45,231 bases of DNA from Catajapyx aquilonaris (lineage: Eukaryota). The notes below the pieces were generated by a model. It was not told where the DNA came from. It searched no databases and saw only the letters and a list, made by a program, of their open reading frames with translations. Location: positions 1-45,231 of the forward strand of contig JYFJ02003198.1 of the NCBI GenBank assembly GCA_000934665.2. The letters run 5' to 3'. The position numbers and the translations under genes were made by a program. Shown here in pieces: positions 41,005 through 45,231 of this stretch. Each line of letters starts with the position of its first letter. Position 1 is the first letter of the stretch.

Positions 41005-41245
41005 CAGTGATGCCGTGAGAAGCAAGAAGGCTGTAACTCAATTTCCACTTTCCCTTTGCAGCCAGCAAAGAAAGCAGTGTTACCGAAAGTATCCAAGAGG
41101 TGGAGTTGGGGTACCCGTTCCTTTTTTCCCACCTACCCCAACTCCACCTCTTGGATGCTTTTGGTAACACTTGGTTTCTTTGCTCGCCGCACAGGGAAAG
41201 TGGATATTGAGTTACAGCCTTCTTGCTTCTCACGGCAGAGTGTTG
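41005..41245. mobile_element. Palindromic MITE, ~103-bp arms, 20-bp spacer
   Basis: TGCCGTGAGAAGCAAGAAGGCTGTAACTCAAT...GGAGTTGGGGTA / TACCCCAACTCC...CTTCTCACGGCA; TA-CAGTG at the left. Confidence 0.78.
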
Positions 41246-41264
41246 CATACATACAGTATATATA

Positions 41265-41733
41265 CAGGGTGTCCCTTACTAGTCGCCCTTCCGTCCGGCA
41301 GTGCACTCATTGGCCCAAAACAAGTCGTAAATGTAGGGAGGAGAAATGTCGAGGCAGTAACCGGTAACAAGATAAACGATGATCAAGATGAGGTTGCCCA
41401 TGAGACAATCGCAGCCACCCACCCACCGGCTTTTGTGCGGGAGGAGTGGCAATTGGTTTAGCAACGTCGTCTCGTGCTCAGGTCGCAATGTCGGGTTCAT
41501 ATCCTGCCCCCTAGGCAACCCCTACACGTGAGGGAGTCGAACCGCCTGCCGCTCCTCCCGCACAAAAGCCGGTGGGTGGGTGGCCGTGATTGTCTTAGGG
41601 GCAACCTCATCTTGATCATCGTTTATCTCGTTACCGGTTACTGCCTCGACATTTCTCCTCCCTACATTTACGACTTGTTTAGGGCCAATGAGTGCACTGC
41701 GGGACGGAAGGGCGACTAGTAAGGGACACCCTG
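41265..41733. mobile_element. 469-bp Tc1-like foldback MITE, ~190-bp arms
   Basis: TA|CAGGGTGTCCCTTACTAGTCGCCCTTCCGTCC...GGACGGAAGGGCGACTAGTAAGGGACACCCTG|TG. Confidence 0.88.
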
Positions 41734-42025
41734 TGTACGTCCTGCCACCATGCACCATGGAAAAAAAGTGCCTATGCAGTAGTGTGTTTGGACTCAGAAG
41801 TGTTGCAGTCATGTGTTTATGTTTTGATTATTTTGTTATTTCCAAATGTTTTCATATTGAAATTTTTTTCAAAGGTTATTTTGAAACAGACATTAATGTG
41901 AATTGGTGTAAAATGAAGCCACATAAAACAGGTACTTGCTGTAAATAACATGCAATTCATTGGCATGGCACATTTCACACACTGCAACTCAAAAGGGTTC
42001 TAGCAGATTGGTAACAAACTGAGTA

Positions 42026-42187
42026 CAGTACTGGCCAATAATCGAGGCAACGACTAGCGACATTTTCCCGAAGCGGCAGAAGAAGGAATCGAAGATAAGC
42101 ATGCTTCAAGCCGGGCGAGCATGATTCCTTCTTCTGCCGCTTCGGGAAAATGTCGCTAGTCGTTGCCTCGATTATTGGCCAGTACTG
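42026..42187. mobile_element. Palindromic MITE, CTAGCGACATTTTCC family, copy 3
   Basis: TA|CAGTACTGGCCAATAATCGAGG...CCTCGATTATTGGCCAGTACTG|TA; perfect ~65-bp arms. Confidence 0.85.
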
Positions 42188-42888
42188 TACCAGCTGAAAT
42201 GATAGTATCACATTCATCTGGGATGTTTGTGGGTTTAATTTTGGCTTATAATCATCGCTCAACAGTGAAAACATGGCCACTTAGCAAATGAAAGGGGCTT
42301 GCAACTAGCTTGCACCTGTTCATGAGTATGAGCAGCAGCTGGTGCAATTTAAGATTGTTGCACACCTACTTGAATTGCAGTGCAACTTGTTGCCACAGCA
42401 GTGTCAACAAACTATGACCCACTTGAATAATTTGTACATCTTCTTTGCACATGATATTGAATCCACCCTCAGGGACATTCATTTCCAAGCTGCCCTCACA
42501 TATATGCAATGCAATAAAATATGTAATTTTGTATTTACCAGTGGACATCAGTCCCAACTTTACCAGGACACTCTCTCAAAGAATGACTCGGTGTGACCAG
42601 ATGTTTTCTGAAACATTAGGCTCCTCCCATTTACATTGCATTCGCAAAATGGAAGGTAATCTTTATAAGGTAACCAACCATCCCCAGTAACACAAATATG
42701 TTCAGTAAATGATGTTCAATTCATGGACATAAAATAATATTAACATTTAACACCTGAGCTTTTGAATGTCAAGATATCTTACATTCAGAGGGCAATTGCA
42801 ACGTACAGAAATTATGTTCACTGGGAATTCACTGAACATTCATGTGTTCCTGCAGATTGTGTGTTTCAAAGTAATAAATAAATAAATA

Positions 42889-43470
42889 CAGTAAAACTTC
42901 TATAAGTCGAACTTTCCTGTCTAAGTTCTCTATAAATCGAAGAAAAATATAAGCTTGGTTGGTCACAATGTAAAATAATAGGAAATAAACTTCCCTAACT
43001 CGAATTTCAATAACTCGAAGTGCAGGCAGGGCCTTTCGATGGGATATCAATGCATTTTCAGTCTCCCTAAGTCGAAGTTCATGTTGGCGAGTACGAAAAA
43101 TTTTCTCATTTCCCAGCCGAAGGGTATAGAGTAGGCCACATGTACAGAAAGGCTCAATTTCTTGATCTCCGCCTACCAGCCGTACCAAAAGAAGTGTTTG
43201 ACTCGACTGTGACAATTGAATCATTGAATCTAACAGTATAGGCAAATGCCCATAACAGAGATTTTTTTACAACAAAACAATGAGGAACATTGTAAGTGTG
43301 ATAGTGAGAGTTATTTTTAAGTTTTGAACCCATTTCGTCGCTGGATATAAAGATAGGCTTCCTTATAGAGTTCTGTGCTTTAAAAAATCCAAACTTCTCT
43401 AACTCTAATCTTCTATAACTCGAAGTTTTTTTCCAGCCCCATGGAGATTCTACTTATAGAAGTTTTACTG
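42889..43470. mobile_element. 582-bp pogo/Tigger-like MITE
   Basis: TA|CAGTAAAACTTCTATAAGT...ACTTATAGAAGTTTTACTG|TA; subterminal TAACTCGAA repeats. Confidence 0.85.
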
Positions 43471-44336
43471 TATATCAGATATGGCTTTGCATGCTATAGC
43501 AATAGCTAGCCACAGGTTCATGTATAAGTACTGTAGCACTCTCATACTTAACTGTAGAGTACAATTGGGTACCATGAATATCTTGAATATGTTGTAACTT
43601 CCCGCTGCAGTAGGTGATAGTGCATATCATAAACTATCCTGTAACCTTTACAGCTGCTATCTTGTACCATGTCAATTTCAGAGGGTAGGGTCAATTTCAT
43701 ATATATATATATATATATATATTTGCAATTAAAATGCCCAGGGTGGTCCACCAACTGAATTGTCTATAGCAGTTACTGTCTTTTTCCCTAAGCTGCTTAT
43801 TCTTAAGCAATTACTTATGAACAGCTGCTTTTAGAAGTAATATAAATATCAGTTTCTAATATTTGGTCAAATTGGAGCAGCCTTTTAAACTGATGCGGGA
43901 GGGTCTAATAGTATTGAGGAAAATAATCCTCCAAAAATGCACCATTCATCTAGGCAATCAGATTTTCACATAGAAGTCTGGCCCCAAACATTGTTAGCAT
44001 TTCCTATCCAAGAGGTATCATAATGTAACTGATTTCAGCTCCCAAGAAAGAGTCACTTCCTACACAATTACAGCTTGCCACACTTCCTGACATTTTTGAT
44101 TGGTTGGGAGCATTGTGTTGCCACTTGATGTTAAAATAATTCAAGTGTTCCTTCCCAAAAGCCTGCATAACCAATTATTGAGACTGCTGCTTGCTTTGCT
44201 GTCAGAGACAAGGGGGCGAGACTTGGCAACTCTGCTAATTTGGAGCTTTTTTTCTGGGGACATGGAGGTACAGTTATTGGTTTGGGGCTAACCCTTCAAA
44301 TTAGGAAATAAGGAATTAGTACCATGCAATCATTAA

Positions 44337-45231
44337 CCCCTTCGGCCCCAGATCGGCCCGAACCACACAGTTTTTGGCTTACGCGTACTCCGAAGATACG
44401 GACAAGATATTTTGCAAATAATAACAGCTATACTTACGAGATCTGGGAAAACCCTATGAATGTGTCTGGAACCATTTTACTCGTCTAGCAGTCCCTAAAT
44501 TAATTTCCAAAATAGGGCTATAATAACTCGAAATTGGACTACTGCCGCCCAACTTTTAGGCGGATTTAATTATGAAATGCGTGAAAATATGCGGAATAAC
44601 AACCTTGAGAACCATGCCAGAGGAATTTGCTGAAATCGTCGTGATTTGCGAGAAATAAATTAATTCTTACTTGCGGCTTTCTGGCACTTCGGAAAACTTC
44701 GGAAAACTCCCAAATTTATTTGTTTCTCATGAAGTACGACGATTTCAGAAAATTCATCTCATATTCATTTAGGAGTTTTCCTAACAAGGGAACGGTCAGG
44801 GTCGAGAACCTCCGATTTGGTTGAAACTGGCTTGAGGGGTCATTCATGTGCGATAGACACAGTGGTAAAAGTGTTAGCTCGCACTGTCCAGCCGTTTCCG
44901 AGATATGAGCGACAGCAACATCCGAATTTTGGCCGCGCGCATTTGCCGGGAGCCGCTCTGCCAGCTCCAAATTCCTTCTACCTTGATTCCCCCCACTTTT
45001 TTCGATCCCACACCACCATCCCCCACTCCCCCACCAACATTTTCGTTTTCCATAGTTTCATTGCTCCGGTATTTATTATGAGACCATCAAGCTGCTTTCT
45101 TTCGCTTCTGTCAACTGCGAATAAAGAGCTTCTGTACCTAAAATTGGGCAATGGGGAAAACTCATAATAAATACCGGAGGAAAGAAACTATGGAAAACGA
45201 AAATGTTGGTGGGGGAGTGGGGGATGGTGGT
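44337..45231. mobile_element. Probable piggyBac-like non-autonomous element, left part; window ends inside a palindrome
   Basis: TTAA|CCCCTTCGGCCCC at 44333-44349. Inverted arms at 45012-45082 / 45161-45231 are still pairing at the window edge. The right end is not visible. Confidence 0.45.

Noticed and set aside
40970..41812. Mirror-image ORF pairs in the ORF track (also 1067-1447, 9718-10153, 23271/26597, 24209/24651)
   Set aside because: By-products of palindromic repeats giving the same peptide on both strands; no coding hallmarks.

Overview
AT-rich, intron-containing animal genomic DNA, most consistent with a non-dipteran arthropod (inference). Three conserved genes could be spliced by hand. 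(1) The last 8 coding exons of kynurenine 3-monooxygenase (KMO/cinnabar, +, 1844-5618). (2) A complete 11-exon SLC37A1/A2-type sugar-phosphate exchanger (+, 9183-15079, 497 aa). (3) The last 7 coding exons of FANCM (-, 38116-31971), including a degenerate ERCC4 domain and HhH tail. Introns and intergenic DNA are crowded with non-autonomous DNA transposons, and about 20 stretches are long foldback palindromes. Their ends resemble Tc1/mariner, pogo, PIF/Harbinger, Sola, hAT and piggyBac elements. There is also a tRNA-derived SINE with a 14-bp TSD. The most unusual part is 15.4-27.1 kb. A 6.9-kb TA-flanked element encloses a phase-compatible two-exon orphan ORF (226 aa), a 588-bp-arm inverted repeat and an E2F/CRE/E-box motif cluster. 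It is followed by a nested stack of a Tc1-like MITE, a modular foldback element and a mariner whose empty site survives in the sister arm. All calls are by eye; no searches were run.
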